Shown: positions 9,693 through 19,280, counted from the first letter of the stretch. The stretch: DNA of 64,000 nt from a bacterium (GCA_027484965.1 JAIXRY010000008.1:1069-65068); one strand, 5' to 3'. Program-made: numbers and translations. The notes: generated by a model from the sequence alone, not told the origin.

Positions 9693-11054
9693 ATGAAAAA
9701 AATTGCTCTCTTAATTTTGTGTGCGTTATTTGTTCTCACAACAAATACTATTCACGCTCAAACAATACTTACAGCAGAAGGAGATGGATCAAATACTCCT
9801 GAAGATCAACAATTAAACAAGGGTGAAGGATCAGAAGAAATAACAGTTCAACAAGATGAACAAGGTGATCAAAATAGTAATGATAACAATAATCAAGACT
9901 CTGGTAATAATCAATCCAATAATCAGAGTAATACAAATCAAAACACAACAACAAAATTAACGCCTCAAAAAATGGGTTTGAGTGACAGAATAAGGCAACA
10001 AGCAAAAGCTGTTAGAGAAAAAGTAATGACTCAAATAAACAGAAATGCAGCACTTTCCGCAAGAAGAGGTGTTAAGTTGGCAAATCCAGAAGAAGAAGCA
10101 AGATTACAGAAAGAAAAAGAACAACAGATTATAGATCAAAAAGTAAGTCAAGGTGCAAAAGTGTATAAAGCAATTCCAGGAGTTATTGAACCTGAAATAA
10201 TTTCTACTGATGGAGACAACTATGCAGATCTAGGATTTTATTCTGTCGCTTACGCAAGTGATGGTACACATTCAGCATTAAGCCCTGAAACACGATTTAC
10301 TGCAGGACCATTTGATGGAATGACAGTTACTTACAAGAAATCAATCCATGAAGACCCTACAAAAAGTATTGTTGGGCATGAATACTTTTATTATAACTAC
10401 AGAACAAATACGTGGTATAAAAATGCAGGTCTCAAAACAAGTGGTAACATTGATATGAGATTTGATTCTACTGGTGACTATATATATGGTGCGTTTGTAA
10501 GAGATTCTAGTGGTAGAGCTTTAAGAGATTCTCGTGGTGATTACATACAAAGTGATTTTACAGAAACAAATGAAGCTCCAGTGTATACAGACACATCAAA
10601 AGTAATATCTGAAACAATTGGAGAAAAATTCAGAAATGTACATACAAAAATGACAGATATTCAATCAAAAATAGAGGACGCTATAAATACTATTCCAGAA
10701 TCAGACAAAATCAATAAAGACGAACTGAGAAAAACTCTTCAAAATTCAAAACAAAGCCTTGTCTCAGCTGATACAAAAATAGTAAGACTGGAAAAAATTC
10801 AACTTACAAAAAATATTGATGATAAGACAAGAGAATTGATGTCTGGAGCGAAAAAAGATTTTATAAATTCAAAACAATACCTCAATACCATTCTAGTCGA
10901 ACTCAAGCAAGCAACAAAAGCAAAAGCAATAATTCAAACAGGAGGAGGAACAATAGGGAGTGGTGGGACAAGTGGAAATAACGGTGGAAATGGAGGGCAA
11001 GTAGACGGAAACAATGCTGGAGGCACCGGAACCGGAGATCAACCTAGAAGATAA
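9693..11054 (+). CDS. Hypothetical secreted protein (low-complexity, coiled-coil and a central globular segment)
   Basis: Start reassigned to MKKIALL (signal peptide ending IHA); Asn/Gln-rich and Gly-rich ends. Confidence 0.75.
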   Translation: MKKIALLILCALFVLTTNTIHAQTILTAEGDGSNTPEDQQLNKGEGSEEITVQQDEQGDQNSNDNNNQDSGNNQSNNQSNTNQNTTTKLTPQKMGLSDRIRQQAKAVREKVMTQINRNAALSARRGVKLANPEEEARLQKEKEQQIIDQKVSQGAKVYKAIPGVIEPEIISTDGDNYADLGFYSVAYASDGTHSALSPETRFTAGPFDGMTVTYKKSIHEDPTKSIVGHEYFYYNYRTNTWYKNAGLKTSGNIDMRFDSTGDYIYGAFVRDSSGRALRDSRGDYIQSDFTETNEAPVYTDTSKVISETIGEKFRNVHTKMTDIQSKIEDAINTIPESDKINKDELRKTLQNSKQSLVSADTKIVRLEKIQLTKNIDDKTRELMSGAKKDFINSKQYLNTILVELKQATKAKAIIQTGGGTIGSGGTSGNNGGNGGQVDGNNAGGTGTGDQPRR

Positions 11055-11075
11055 TTATAAATATAAAATAACAAT

Positions 11076-11339
11076 ATGGACGATATAACAAACACAAACA
11101 TAGAGCAAATGACACCAGAAGATAACAAACCTTTTTCTGAAAAACATCATCACTTTATTCTTTCAATACTACTTATAGGAGCAATAGTTGCTGGTGGATG
11201 GTATTTGATGAAATACAAACCTTGGGGAGTATTGGGAGGTCAAAAACAAGAAGAACAAGTAGCACCTAAAAATGATTCAGATATAGTTATTATTAATGAA
11301 AATTTACAAGATATAGATATTGAAACATTACCTCAATAA
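11076..11339 (+). CDS. Hypothetical single-pass membrane protein
   Basis: One TM helix; follows previous gene and precedes a terminator. Confidence 0.7.
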   Translation: MDDITNTNIEQMTPEDNKPFSEKHHHFILSILLIGAIVAGGWYLMKYKPWGVLGGQKQEEQVAPKNDSDIVIINENLQDIDIETLPQ

Positions 11340-11377
11340 AAACCGTTCAAATATATTTTCACTTGATAGCTGAATAC

Positions 11378-11410
11378 ATAAAAGCGGGACCCGAAGGGTC
11401 CCGCTTTTAT
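11378..11410. terminator. Palindrome/terminator (GAA triloop)
   Basis: ataaaagcgggaccc-gaa-gggtcccgcttttat. Confidence 0.8.
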
Positions 11411-11473
11411 AGTTTAATTCCCCTTTGACAACACTCTTGCCCCTATTCACTTTTCACTATAGAATGTAGGTCT

Positions 11474-12529
11474 ATGCAACACGAAATAACAAAAAATAAC
11501 GATAGTACTATTTATATCAAAGTGAGTATTCCTTGGGAAACACTTTTATTAGAAAAACCTCATGCTTTAGCTGAACTTGGACAAAATGTCGAAGTTGATG
11601 GCTTCCGCAAAGGAAATGCACCTGTGGCGATGGTTGAGAAAAATATAAAGCCAGAAATATTACTTGAGGCTATGGCTGAGTATGCTGTAAATAAAGCATA
11701 CATAAATATCTTAGAAAGTGACAAAATCGACGCTATTGGTCGTCCTGAAGTTTTCTTCACTAAGATTGCTGAAGGTAATACTCTCGAATGTACAATCAAA
11801 ACATCAGTTCTTCCAACATTCGAACTTCCAAAATACAAAGCTCTTGCAAAAGAAATCAAAAAAGAAGATGCTGTAAAAACAACAGACGAAGAAATAGAAA
11901 AGACAATGCAAGAACTGCGTGAAATGCGTGCTCACCAAAAGCTTCACACACCTGTAGAGGAAGGAGGTCATGGACATGATCACGATGATCACTCTCATGC
12001 ACCTATTGAAGAAAAAGATCTTCCAGAAGTAAATGAGGAATTCGCAAAATCTTTTGGTTTTGATACTGTAGAAAAACTAAAAGAAAAAATCGGAGAGAAT
12101 ATGGAAAAAGAGAAAGAAAACCGTGCTCACGAAAAATTCCGCATCGAAATAATGGAGAAGTTAGTATCAAATACAGAAATGGCTATTCCTCCTGTTTTGA
12201 TAGAAAGTGAAACAGATATGTTAATCGAAAGAATGAAGCACGATATCTCACAAATGGGACTTTCATTCGATGACTACATGAAACACATTGCAAAGGACGA
12301 ACAAACAATGAGAGAGGAGTTCAAAAAAGACGCAGAAAAGAGAATCAAGTCAAAACTCATTATTGATAGAATCGCAAAAGAAGAGAAAATCACACCAGAA
12401 CAAGAAGAAGTTAATGCTAAGGTGCAAGATATTTTGAAACAATACGCAGATGCAGATAAGTTCCGCGCAGAAGCATATGTTACAGAACTTCTAACAACAG
12501 AAAAAGTTTTTGAGTTTCTCACTAAGTAA
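11474..12529 (+). CDS. tig: Trigger factor (short form)
   Basis: Ribosome-binding motif VDGFRKGNAP; C-terminal SurA-like domain; central PPIase domain appears absent. Confidence 0.9.
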   Translation: MQHEITKNNDSTIYIKVSIPWETLLLEKPHALAELGQNVEVDGFRKGNAPVAMVEKNIKPEILLEAMAEYAVNKAYINILESDKIDAIGRPEVFFTKIAEGNTLECTIKTSVLPTFELPKYKALAKEIKKEDAVKTTDEEIEKTMQELREMRAHQKLHTPVEEGGHGHDHDDHSHAPIEEKDLPEVNEEFAKSFGFDTVEKLKEKIGENMEKEKENRAHEKFRIEIMEKLVSNTEMAIPPVLIESETDMLIERMKHDISQMGLSFDDYMKHIAKDEQTMREEFKKDAEKRIKSKLIIDRIAKEEKITPEQEEVNAKVQDILKQYADADKFRAEAYVTELLTTEKVFEFLTK

Positions 12530-12547
12530 AAACATAAATAAAATAAG

Positions 12548-12572
12548 AAAAGCCTCCACTTCGGAGGCTTTT
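12548..12572. terminator. Bidirectional terminator
   Basis: aaaagcctcc-acttc-ggaggctttt between convergent genes. Confidence 0.75.
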
Positions 12573-12590
12573 TAGTTTATTTTAAAAAAA

Positions 12591-13094
12591 CTATTCTTTA
12601 GAATCATGAATAACAATGACTTTTTTATATGCTGTATAAAGACAAGCATATCTACTTGCCTCTTCACCATGAACCAAACCTTCGTTATACCATCCATTAT
12701 CATGAATCATTTGTATATCATTAAGTCCACGGAGTACTGATTTGTCTCTAAAGATTTCAAAATTTAAATCTTTTAATCTAAAATCATCACTCCAAAAACT
12801 TCTAGACAAAACGGCGGTTTCTCCAGAATCAAACTTAGATATATTGTATGCAACCAATATATCGAGAGTATGATTTTGAATACTATCATATACAACAGTA
12901 ACAATTCTTGAATTTTCATTAAACTTATCTAGTATTTCGTAGTTTTTAACACCAGAATATAAAATAGGCATTAACACTATCATTCCAATTAAAAGATTTG
13001 TTATGCATATCCACTTCTTCAAACGTAAGAAAACTGGAATACAAATGATTGCTGAATAGCAAATTAAAAAAGAAATTACGATTAATTTTTCCAT
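12591..13094 (-). CDS. Hypothetical membrane protein (ORFan)
   Basis: 167-aa ORF with two N-terminal TM helices. Confidence 0.65.
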   Translation of the reverse strand: MEKLIVISFLICYSAIICIPVFLRLKKWICITNLLIGMIVLMPILYSGVKNYEILDKFNENSRIVTVVYDSIQNHTLDILVAYNISKFDSGETAVLSRSFWSDDFRLKDLNFEIFRDKSVLRGLNDIQMIHDNGWYNEGLVHGEEASRYACLYTAYKKVIVIHDSKE

Positions 13095-13163
13095 TGTTTT
13101 TTATTTAATTGTTTAAGAACTTATTTACACTATCAACTCACAATTTTTATAAGCTGAATAATG

Positions 13164-13203
13164 AAACTAATTTCTAAAGATTTTAATCAGTAGAAATTAG
13201 TTT
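13164..13203. terminator. AT-rich hairpin
   Basis: aaactaatttcta...tagaaattagttt after the stop at 13222. Confidence 0.55.
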
Positions 13204-13221
13204 TTTATTTTTGATTTACGT

Positions 13222-13728
13222 TTAGGATTTATCGTTGATGTAAGATTTTAAATCTTTTGTTTTTTCAATCCATACAGGCTCATACGAGGTATTACCATTA
13301 ACTTGATCAAAAAATATCTCAAGCGCAGCTTGAGTAAGCTGTTCTCTGGTTGCAATTATTACATTATTATTATGATCTGTTACAACTTCTCCCTCTAACT
13401 GATAAATAATTTTCTTATTGGCTTGGAAAAAAGTTTCAGCCTCATCTTTTGAGTCAAAACTATGTATCACAAAATCAATTGAAATCTGTATGTACCAGAG
13501 AGTTTCTGTAAAATCATGTTCAACAACGTTGTAACCACGTTCGTATGTTTCTTTTCCTATAAGGACTACACGTTCATCACCATTTTTCTCTTGAAAAACA
13601 AGGCGTCCACCTCCTCTTTCTGAATAGGAGACAAACTTCGCCATTAGAATGTCTCGCGACAATCCAAGCAGACTATAAAATGTACCTACCTTGAAATCAT
13701 TGTGTGAGTTAATTTTTACAATTTTCAT
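13222..13728 (-). CDS. Hypothetical protein (ORFan)
   Basis: 168-aa ORF with own promoter TAGACA-N17-CATAAT. Confidence 0.65.
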   Translation of the reverse strand: MKIVKINSHNDFKVGTFYSLLGLSRDILMAKFVSYSERGGGRLVFQEKNGDERVVLIGKETYERGYNVVEHDFTETLWYIQISIDFVIHSFDSKDEAETFFQANKKIIYQLEGEVVTDHNNNVIIATREQLTQAALEIFFDQVNGNTSYEPVWIEKTKDLKSYINDKS

Positions 13729-13820
13729 TTTGTTTTTTATTTAATTGTTAAGTAATTTGTTTCTAGATACATTATGCAATATATTTATATTTATGTCTAT
13801 TTATATAGTTATTTTGATAT

Positions 13821-13865
13821 AAAAGTAAACAAATAGTTTACTTTTAATTGACTTTTGTATATAAT
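13821..13865 (+). promoter_or_regulatory. Palindromic operator overlapping a sigma70 promoter
   Basis: AAAAGTAAAC-N5-GTTTACTTTT (13821-13845) covers -35 TTTACT (13837); -10 TATAAT at 13860, 6 nt before ATG 13872. Confidence 0.6.
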
Positions 13866-13871
13866 TATTGA

Positions 13872-14696
13872 ATGATTTATAATCCAAAAAATATAGAGGA
13901 GTATATTCTATTCTTTCTCCAAAAAGGATCTTTAAAAACCACTGAATTACTAAAAAATATAAAGGTAAAGCGCCCAGGCACAACAAAACAAGCACTATAT
14001 AAAGTAATTACAAAATTAAAAGAAGACGAAGTAATAGTAGTTAGAAGTAAGTACATTTCCCTCTCTCATCTATGGATCAATAAAATGAGTGAATATTTCA
14101 ATACAGCAAAACATCTATATACAACAGAAGGTGCACCCAGCGAAGACTTCCTCCAATTAGAAGATGGTGACAAAATCACTTACACATTTAAAAACCCAAA
14201 CATTACAGATATGTTTTGGAGTCACGCATTCAGTATTTTGTCAGAAATAACCATTCAGCCAATATGTCTCTATAATCCCCACGAATGGTTCATGTTAGGA
14301 AGATACGAAAGCGAGAGAAAACTCTTTGACAATATTAGAAGCAGGAACAAAAAACTCTTCTTGATTACTGCCAATAAAGATGAACTGGATAAAAGTGTTT
14401 CAAAAGAATTTGATAATAAGAATCTTTTTTATTACATGCTCGGAGAAAATTTATTTCCTAAAGATAATTATTATTTAAACATATTCGACGACTTTATTAT
14501 TGAAGTATGGATAGATAAAAAGACCTCTGATCTAATTGATACTTTTTATAAAGAACACAAAGTGTTTAATCAAGAAGCAGAAGAAAAATTAAAAAAGATC
14601 TTAGAAAAAAGAGGAAAAAATAAAATGGTAATTTCTAGAAACAAACACAAAGCAGATAAATTACATAAAATATTTAAAAAGTATTTTGTATTGTAA
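13872..14696 (+). CDS. Putative winged-helix transcriptional regulator
   Basis: N-terminal wHTH-like segment (TTELL...TTKQALYKVITKLKEDEVIV) plus ~200-aa C-terminal domain. Confidence 0.65.
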   Translation: MIYNPKNIEEYILFFLQKGSLKTTELLKNIKVKRPGTTKQALYKVITKLKEDEVIVVRSKYISLSHLWINKMSEYFNTAKHLYTTEGAPSEDFLQLEDGDKITYTFKNPNITDMFWSHAFSILSEITIQPICLYNPHEWFMLGRYESERKLFDNIRSRNKKLFLITANKDELDKSVSKEFDNKNLFYYMLGENLFPKDNYYLNIFDDFIIEVWIDKKTSDLIDTFYKEHKVFNQEAEEKLKKILEKRGKNKMVISRNKHKADKLHKIFKKYFVL

Positions 14697-14700
14697 GCAA

Positions 14701-14752
14701 TAAATACAAGAAAAAGTGGAGACCTTCGGTGCTCCACTTTTTCTTGTATTTA
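14701..14752. terminator. Long palindrome/bidirectional terminator (TTC triloop)
   Basis: taaatacaagaaaaagtggag-acc-ttc-ggt-g-ctccactttttcttgtattta. Confidence 0.8.
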
Positions 14753-14792
14753 CAAAATAAAACCCCTCACTTAAAAGTAAGAGGTGTTAAAA

Positions 14793-15377
14793 TTAGTCGC
14801 AAAAATACAAAAAATGACTACCACGAACCCATTCCTGAATATAATGATTCAAAAAGTATCGAATCTCACGATTAGTATTGAGAAAATAACCAGCAATGAT
14901 ACGATCACCATTTTCATTAACTGAAAGCATGTCTCTTTGATCGATAGACCGAATACACACATTCTTAGGTAATTGTTCTTTTAGTGTTAGTTCCGCAACA
15001 GAAAGCCCGAACACATTTCCCGATCTGCCATTACTTGATTTAATATGATCAAATACATGTTGAGAACAGTAGAGTGTTTTTGTTTTTACAACAATTACTT
15101 TTTTCCGGTCTCCTGTTTTGAATTGATAGGTAGGTGTTACTTTTGAAAATTCCTCTCCCCATTTTTCCGCTACATGTGCTCGTACTATATCCATATCTGG
15201 AATAATAATGTGGTCTGATTCGAAAACAATTTCAAAAAAAGAATTTTCTTTTTCTTTGTGTAACAATTCTTTGTTTGTAATTTCATAAATACTATCAAGT
15301 AACTGGATTAATTGATACTTTTTAAACTTTTTAAAATCACAATTAACTATTTCTGCAATTTCTTTATAATCCATCAT
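14793..15377 (-). CDS. Hypothetical protein (ORFan)
   Basis: 194-aa ORF; upstream TTGACA-N16-TATTGT. Confidence 0.65.
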   Translation of the reverse strand: MMDYKEIAEIVNCDFKKFKKYQLIQLLDSIYEITNKELLHKEKENSFFEIVFESDHIIIPDMDIVRAHVAEKWGEEFSKVTPTYQFKTGDRKKVIVVKTKTLYCSQHVFDHIKSSNGRSGNVFGLSVAELTLKEQLPKNVCIRSIDQRDMLSVNENGDRIIAGYFLNTNREIRYFLNHYIQEWVRGSHFLYFCD

Positions 15378-15459
15378 ATTGTGTTGTTTTTTTAAACAAT
15401 ATCATACTATACAAAATTGTCAAATTTTAAAAATTCTATATTTTTGCTATATTAAGAGT

Positions 15460-16050
15460 ATGTTAATCCCAACAGTAATCGAAAAAACAATGAACGGTGA
15501 ACGAGCTTATGATATATACTCTCGCCTTTTGAACGAACGCATCATATTCCTCGGCGGTCCTATTGATGACCATGTTGCAAATCTCATCATCGCTCAACTC
15601 CTCTTCCTAGAACACACAGACCCTAAGAAAGATATTTCTCTCTATATCAATTCTCCAGGAGGACAAATCCAATCAGGACTCGCAATTCTCGACACTATGA
15701 ACCATATCAAGTGTGACGTATCTACTATATGTGTCGGAATGGCAGCTTCTATGGGTGCAGTAATTCTCTCAGCAGGAAAAAAGGGTAAGAGATTCGTTCT
15801 TCCAAATTCTGAAGTTATGATTCACCAACCTCTCACAGGTATAGAAGGACAGGCTTCAGATATCGAAATCACAGCCAAGCATATCTTGAAACTCAAAGAA
15901 AATCTCTACAAGATACTCGCCAAAAATACTGGTAAGCCGTATGCGCAAGTAGAAAAAGATGGTGACCGCGACTACTGGATGGATGCAGAAGAGTCAAAGA
16001 AGTATGGAATCGTAGACGAAATACTTTCAAAAACAAAATCAGGAAAATAA
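15460..16050 (+). CDS. clpP: ATP-dependent Clp protease proteolytic subunit
   Basis: MLIPTVIE start, [26 protein letters not shown]. Confidence 0.97.
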   Translation: MLIPTVIEKTMNGERAYDIYSRLLNERIIFLGGPIDDHVANLIIAQLLFLEHTDPKKDISLYINSPGGQIQSGLAILDTMNHIKCDVSTICVGMAASMGAVILSAGKKGKRFVLPNSEVMIHQPLTGIEGQASDIEITAKHILKLKENLYKILAKNTGKPYAQVEKDGDRDYWMDAEESKKYGIVDEILSKTKSGK

Positions 16051-16083
16051 CATAAAAGCACTCACAATGAGTGCTTTTATGTT
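16049..16083. terminator. Terminator after clpP
   Basis: aacataaaagcactca-caa-tgagtgcttttatgtt. Confidence 0.75.
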
Positions 16084-16211
16084 TAAAATAGACATTTTTT
16101 AATATATATATTATAGTGTGTATGTTACTTAATTAATCTTCCATATTTTGTACTCCCCGATTCTCCACCCACGATCGCTACCTTTGTACAATAAAATGGA
16201 TATTTGAAAAT

Positions 16212-17738
16212 ATGAAAACAGAAATAATCATAGGAGGTCTCGGACTCCTAAGTCTTGGTTGTGTACTTGGATATTACCTAAGACATCTAAAATCCCTAGC
16301 AACACGTGGAAGTCTCGAACTTGAAATCAAACAAATACTGATAGATGCAAAAGAAGAAGCAAACAAAATCACAGACGAAGCAAGAAGAAAATCAGAAGAA
16401 AAAGAAGAGGAGGTGCGCACTCTAGAACGTGAGACATCAAACAAATTAAAACACACAGAAACTCGTCTTATAAAGAAAGAGGAACTTCTTGACGCTCGCC
16501 AAACAGAAATAGACCGTGAAGGTGAACATTTAAAGATGCAAGCCGAAGATATTCGTAGAATAAAAGAGAAAGTTGAAGCTAACAAAGTAGAAAGTGAGGA
16601 CAAGCTCGAAAAGATTGCTCGCCTTACTATCGGTGAAGCTCGTGATGAAATATTGAGAAAAACAGAAAATTCATACAGTGAAGATATTCTTTCTCGTATG
16701 CAAAAACTCGAACGTGACGGAGAAGAAAGACTTACTCGCCGTGCAAAAGAAATAATGGCAACAACAATCGAAAGACTCGCCTCTTCTACAGCAAACGAAT
16801 TCATGACTACAACAGTCACTATTCCATCTGAAGATATAAAAGGTAAGATCATTGGTAAAGAAGGAAGAAATATTCGTACATTCGAACGTGAAGCAGGAGT
16901 TGAGCTCATTGTGGACGACACTCCAGGAGCCATCATTATCTCATCATTCGACCCTATTCGCCGCCACATTGCATCACTCGCCCTCCAAAACTTAATAAAA
17001 GATGGACGTATTCAACCAGCAAAAATAGAAGAAATGATTCTTCGTGCAAAAGAAGAGATCCAAAAAACAATGAAAGAAGAAGGTGAAAAGGCTGTATTTG
17101 AGTGTGGACTTTTCAATCTAGACCCAAGAGTGGTAAGTGTTCTCGGAAGACTTCATTTCCGTACAAGCTACGGTCAAAATGTTTTGAAACACTCTATAGA
17201 AATGACACATATTGCAGGAATGCTCGCATCTGAGCTAGGTGGAGATGTTGCAATAGCAAAAGCGGGCGCACTTGTGCATGATATCGGTAAAGCTCTTGAT
17301 CATGAAGTAGAAGGAACACATATTGATATTGGAATTCGTATTCTTCAAAAATATAATACAGACAAGAGAATTATTGACGCGATGAAGTCTCACCACAATG
17401 ACTGCCCTCACGAATCAATTGAAGCAGTCATCGTCCAAACAGCTGACCATATCTCAGGAGGACGCCCAGGTGCACGTCGTGATACAGCTGAAAACTATCT
17501 CAAACGTCTAGGCGAACTCGAAGCATTAGTGAATTCTTTCCCTGGAATCGAAAAGTCATACGCTCTCCAAGCTGGACGTGAAATTAGAATATTTGTTTCT
17601 CCAGAAAAAGTAACAGATATAGAAGCAAAGAAAATGACAAAAAGTATTGCCGATAAAATCGAAAAAGAATTAAAATATCCAGGTGAAATCAAAGTAACCA
17701 TGATAAGAGAAAGTCGCGTAATAGAGTATGCGAGATAA
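16212..17738 (+). CDS. rny: Ribonuclease Y
   Basis: N-terminal TM, coiled coil, KH domain (KGKIIGKEGRNIR), HD domain (LVHDIGK), RTSYGQNVL. Confidence 0.97.
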   Translation: MKTEIIIGGLGLLSLGCVLGYYLRHLKSLATRGSLELEIKQILIDAKEEANKITDEARRKSEEKEEEVRTLERETSNKLKHTETRLIKKEELLDARQTEIDREGEHLKMQAEDIRRIKEKVEANKVESEDKLEKIARLTIGEARDEILRKTENSYSEDILSRMQKLERDGEERLTRRAKEIMATTIERLASSTANEFMTTTVTIPSEDIKGKIIGKEGRNIRTFEREAGVELIVDDTPGAIIISSFDPIRRHIASLALQNLIKDGRIQPAKIEEMILRAKEEIQKTMKEEGEKAVFECGLFNLDPRVVSVLGRLHFRTSYGQNVLKHSIEMTHIAGMLASELGGDVAIAKAGALVHDIGKALDHEVEGTHIDIGIRILQKYNTDKRIIDAMKSHHNDCPHESIEAVIVQTADHISGGRPGARRDTAENYLKRLGELEALVNSFPGIEKSYALQAGREIRIFVSPEKVTDIEAKKMTKSIADKIEKELKYPGEIKVTMIRESRVIEYAR

Positions 17739-17789
17739 TCAATCTTCAATCTAAATCAAAGACTCACTATTCGGGTACGCAAGATAGAT

Positions 17790-17815
17790 AAAAAGCCATC
17801 TCGTGATGGCTTTTT
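17790..17815. terminator. Bidirectional terminator
   Basis: aaaaagccatc-tcgt-gatggcttttt. Confidence 0.75.
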
Positions 17816-17823
17816 CAATTTAA

Positions 17824-18177
17824 TTATTTAACTTCAACAACACAAGAAAAGTGAAACCCTTTTTCTATATACGCATTCCACCCTTCTTCTAAATTAAAAC
17901 ACACTTTTTCTACATAAGTATCAATTTCATCACGATACTTAAGATATGTTTTATTAATAGATAAAACAATATTTTTAGATCCGTCAGTATGCACCCCTAC
18001 TATTCCTGAACAAAGAGCGAAATCACCTAAAATATTCCCCACCCAAGCCTTTTCTTTTTCTTGCGCTTGTTCTGGTTTTAAGCTTATTTTTAGCGTTTTT
18101 CCTCGTAAATCCATAAGACTGAATTTTTCTAACCCTGCTTTTTTAAATAAATTTTTTATTTCTTCTGTTGCTGTCAT
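17824..18177 (-). CDS. Hypothetical protein (ORFan)
   Basis: 117-aa ORF; upstream TTGACA-N17-TATTCT. Confidence 0.65.
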   Translation of the reverse strand: MTATEEIKNLFKKAGLEKFSLMDLRGKTLKISLKPEQAQEKEKAWVGNILGDFALCSGIVGVHTDGSKNIVLSINKTYLKYRDEIDTYVEKVCFNLEEGWNAYIEKGFHFSCVVEVK

Positions 18178-18345
18178 GTATTTTACTTTTAATTTGTAAA
18201 AAGAATACTATTTATATCTATATTTGTCAATGCAGTTTGCCCTTGCATTTGCAAAAAGCCTTTTAGTATAATAGATATAGCTCCTGGAGACAGTAGCTGC
18301 CGTTCGAAATGGTCGACATTTTTAATAACAATAATAGAACTAACT

Positions 18346-18621
18346 ATGAATAAACAAGCTCTTGTAGACATGGTCCACGAAAAATTGGGAGGTACAAAAG
18401 TGCAAGCGGAAGGTATCGTCGACGGTATCATTGAAGCTATCACTACTACTCTCAAAAAAGGTGGTGAAGTTTCTATTGCTGGTCTTGGTATCTTCTCTGT
18501 AAAGGATCGTGCAGCTCGTACTGCTCGTAATCCTAAAACAGGTGAAGCTGTTAAGGTTGCAGCAACTCGCGTTCCTAAATTCCGTGCGGCTAAAGCACTT
18601 AAGGACGCTGTGGCTAAATAG
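18346..18621 (+). CDS. hup: DNA-binding protein HU
   Basis: MNKQALV, GLGIFSV..RAARTARNPKTGE...PKFRAAKALKDAV. Confidence 0.97.
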   Translation: MNKQALVDMVHEKLGGTKVQAEGIVDGIIEAITTTLKKGGEVSIAGLGIFSVKDRAARTARNPKTGEAVKVAATRVPKFRAAKALKDAVAK

Positions 18622-18653
18622 TCACTCTTTCAAAAATAAAAACACTCGGCATA

Positions 18654-18683
18654 CATAAAATCCACCTTTTGGTGGATTTTATG
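18654..18683. terminator. Bidirectional terminator (hup / tRNA-Pro)
   Basis: cataaaatccacc-tttt-ggtggattttatg. Confidence 0.75.
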
Positions 18684-18801
18684 CTTTATATGTAATTTTA
18701 TGTGGTCTAAATAATTCAAATCGGAGTCACTTCCTTTTAGGCCACAGATATTTCCCAAATATCTGGTAAATTCTTTATATATTAAATTATTAAGAAGTAG
18801 G

Positions 18802-18874
18802 TCGGGGTGCCGGGATTCGAACCCGGAGTCACTTGTACCCAAAACAAGCATGTTAGCCGTTACACCACACCCCG
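18802..18874 (-). tRNA. tRNA-Pro(UGG)
   Basis: Acceptor CGGGGTG/CACCCCG, anticodon arm CTTGT-TT-TGG-GT-ACAAG, T loop TTCGAAT; CCA not fully encoded. Confidence 0.95.
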
Positions 18875-18916
18875 ACTCACTTCTCACTAAAAACATTTAA
18901 TATATAAAGAACTTAC

Positions 18917-18954
18917 CCCAAAACAAGTATGTTAGCCGTTACACCACACCCCGA
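18917..18954 (-). repeat. Duplicated 5' half of tRNA-Pro
   Basis: 37/38 nt identical to 18838-18875. Confidence 0.9.
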
Positions 18955-19046
18955 ATACTAAACAATCTAGTACAAGAAGTATATTAACATAAACTTCATT
19001 ATAAATCCATATAAAAAACCAGTACCTTTAATTAAAAGTACTGGTT

Positions 19047-19280
19047 CTATTTTCTACACAATAAATAATTTGATTGATAAGACTTATCAGAAAAAGTATT
19101 CATTATTGAAGCTTTTTCTGAAAGTCTTTTTTGACCTTCTTCGGAAGATTCTCTTACAATAAAAGCCTTTGATTTTGAAGTAAGATTAATTTCTATTATG
19201 TCCTTAGAAGTATCTACTTCTAAGGTATCAATAGCTTCTTTTATAGCCTTTTCTGTGTTTTGTGAAAATTTGATTGACAT
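19047..19280 (-). CDS. Hypothetical small protein
   Basis: 77-aa ORF followed by hairpin 19017-19046. Confidence 0.55.
   Translation of the reverse strand: MSIKFSQNTEKAIKEAIDTLEVDTSKDIIEINLTSKSKAFIVRESSEEGQKRLSEKASIMNTFSDKSYQSNYLLCRK

Noticed and set aside
12530-15400. ORFan run as an integron cassette array
   Set aside because: Hairpins lack attC RYYYAAC/GTTRRRY ends, genes have their own promoters and orientations are mixed.
16274-16969. 231-aa antisense ORF in rny and similar antisense ORFs (e.g. 131-439, 27225-27620, 53291-53812)
   Set aside because: Reverse-frame shadows of well-supported genes with no motifs of their own.
18982-19009. dif-like 28-mer (minus strand TGGATTTATAA-TGAAGT-TTATGTTAATA)
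   Set aside because: Coincides with the -35/-10 of the tRNA-Pro promoter, is AT-rich and lies ~40 kb from oriC; a chance match is likely.
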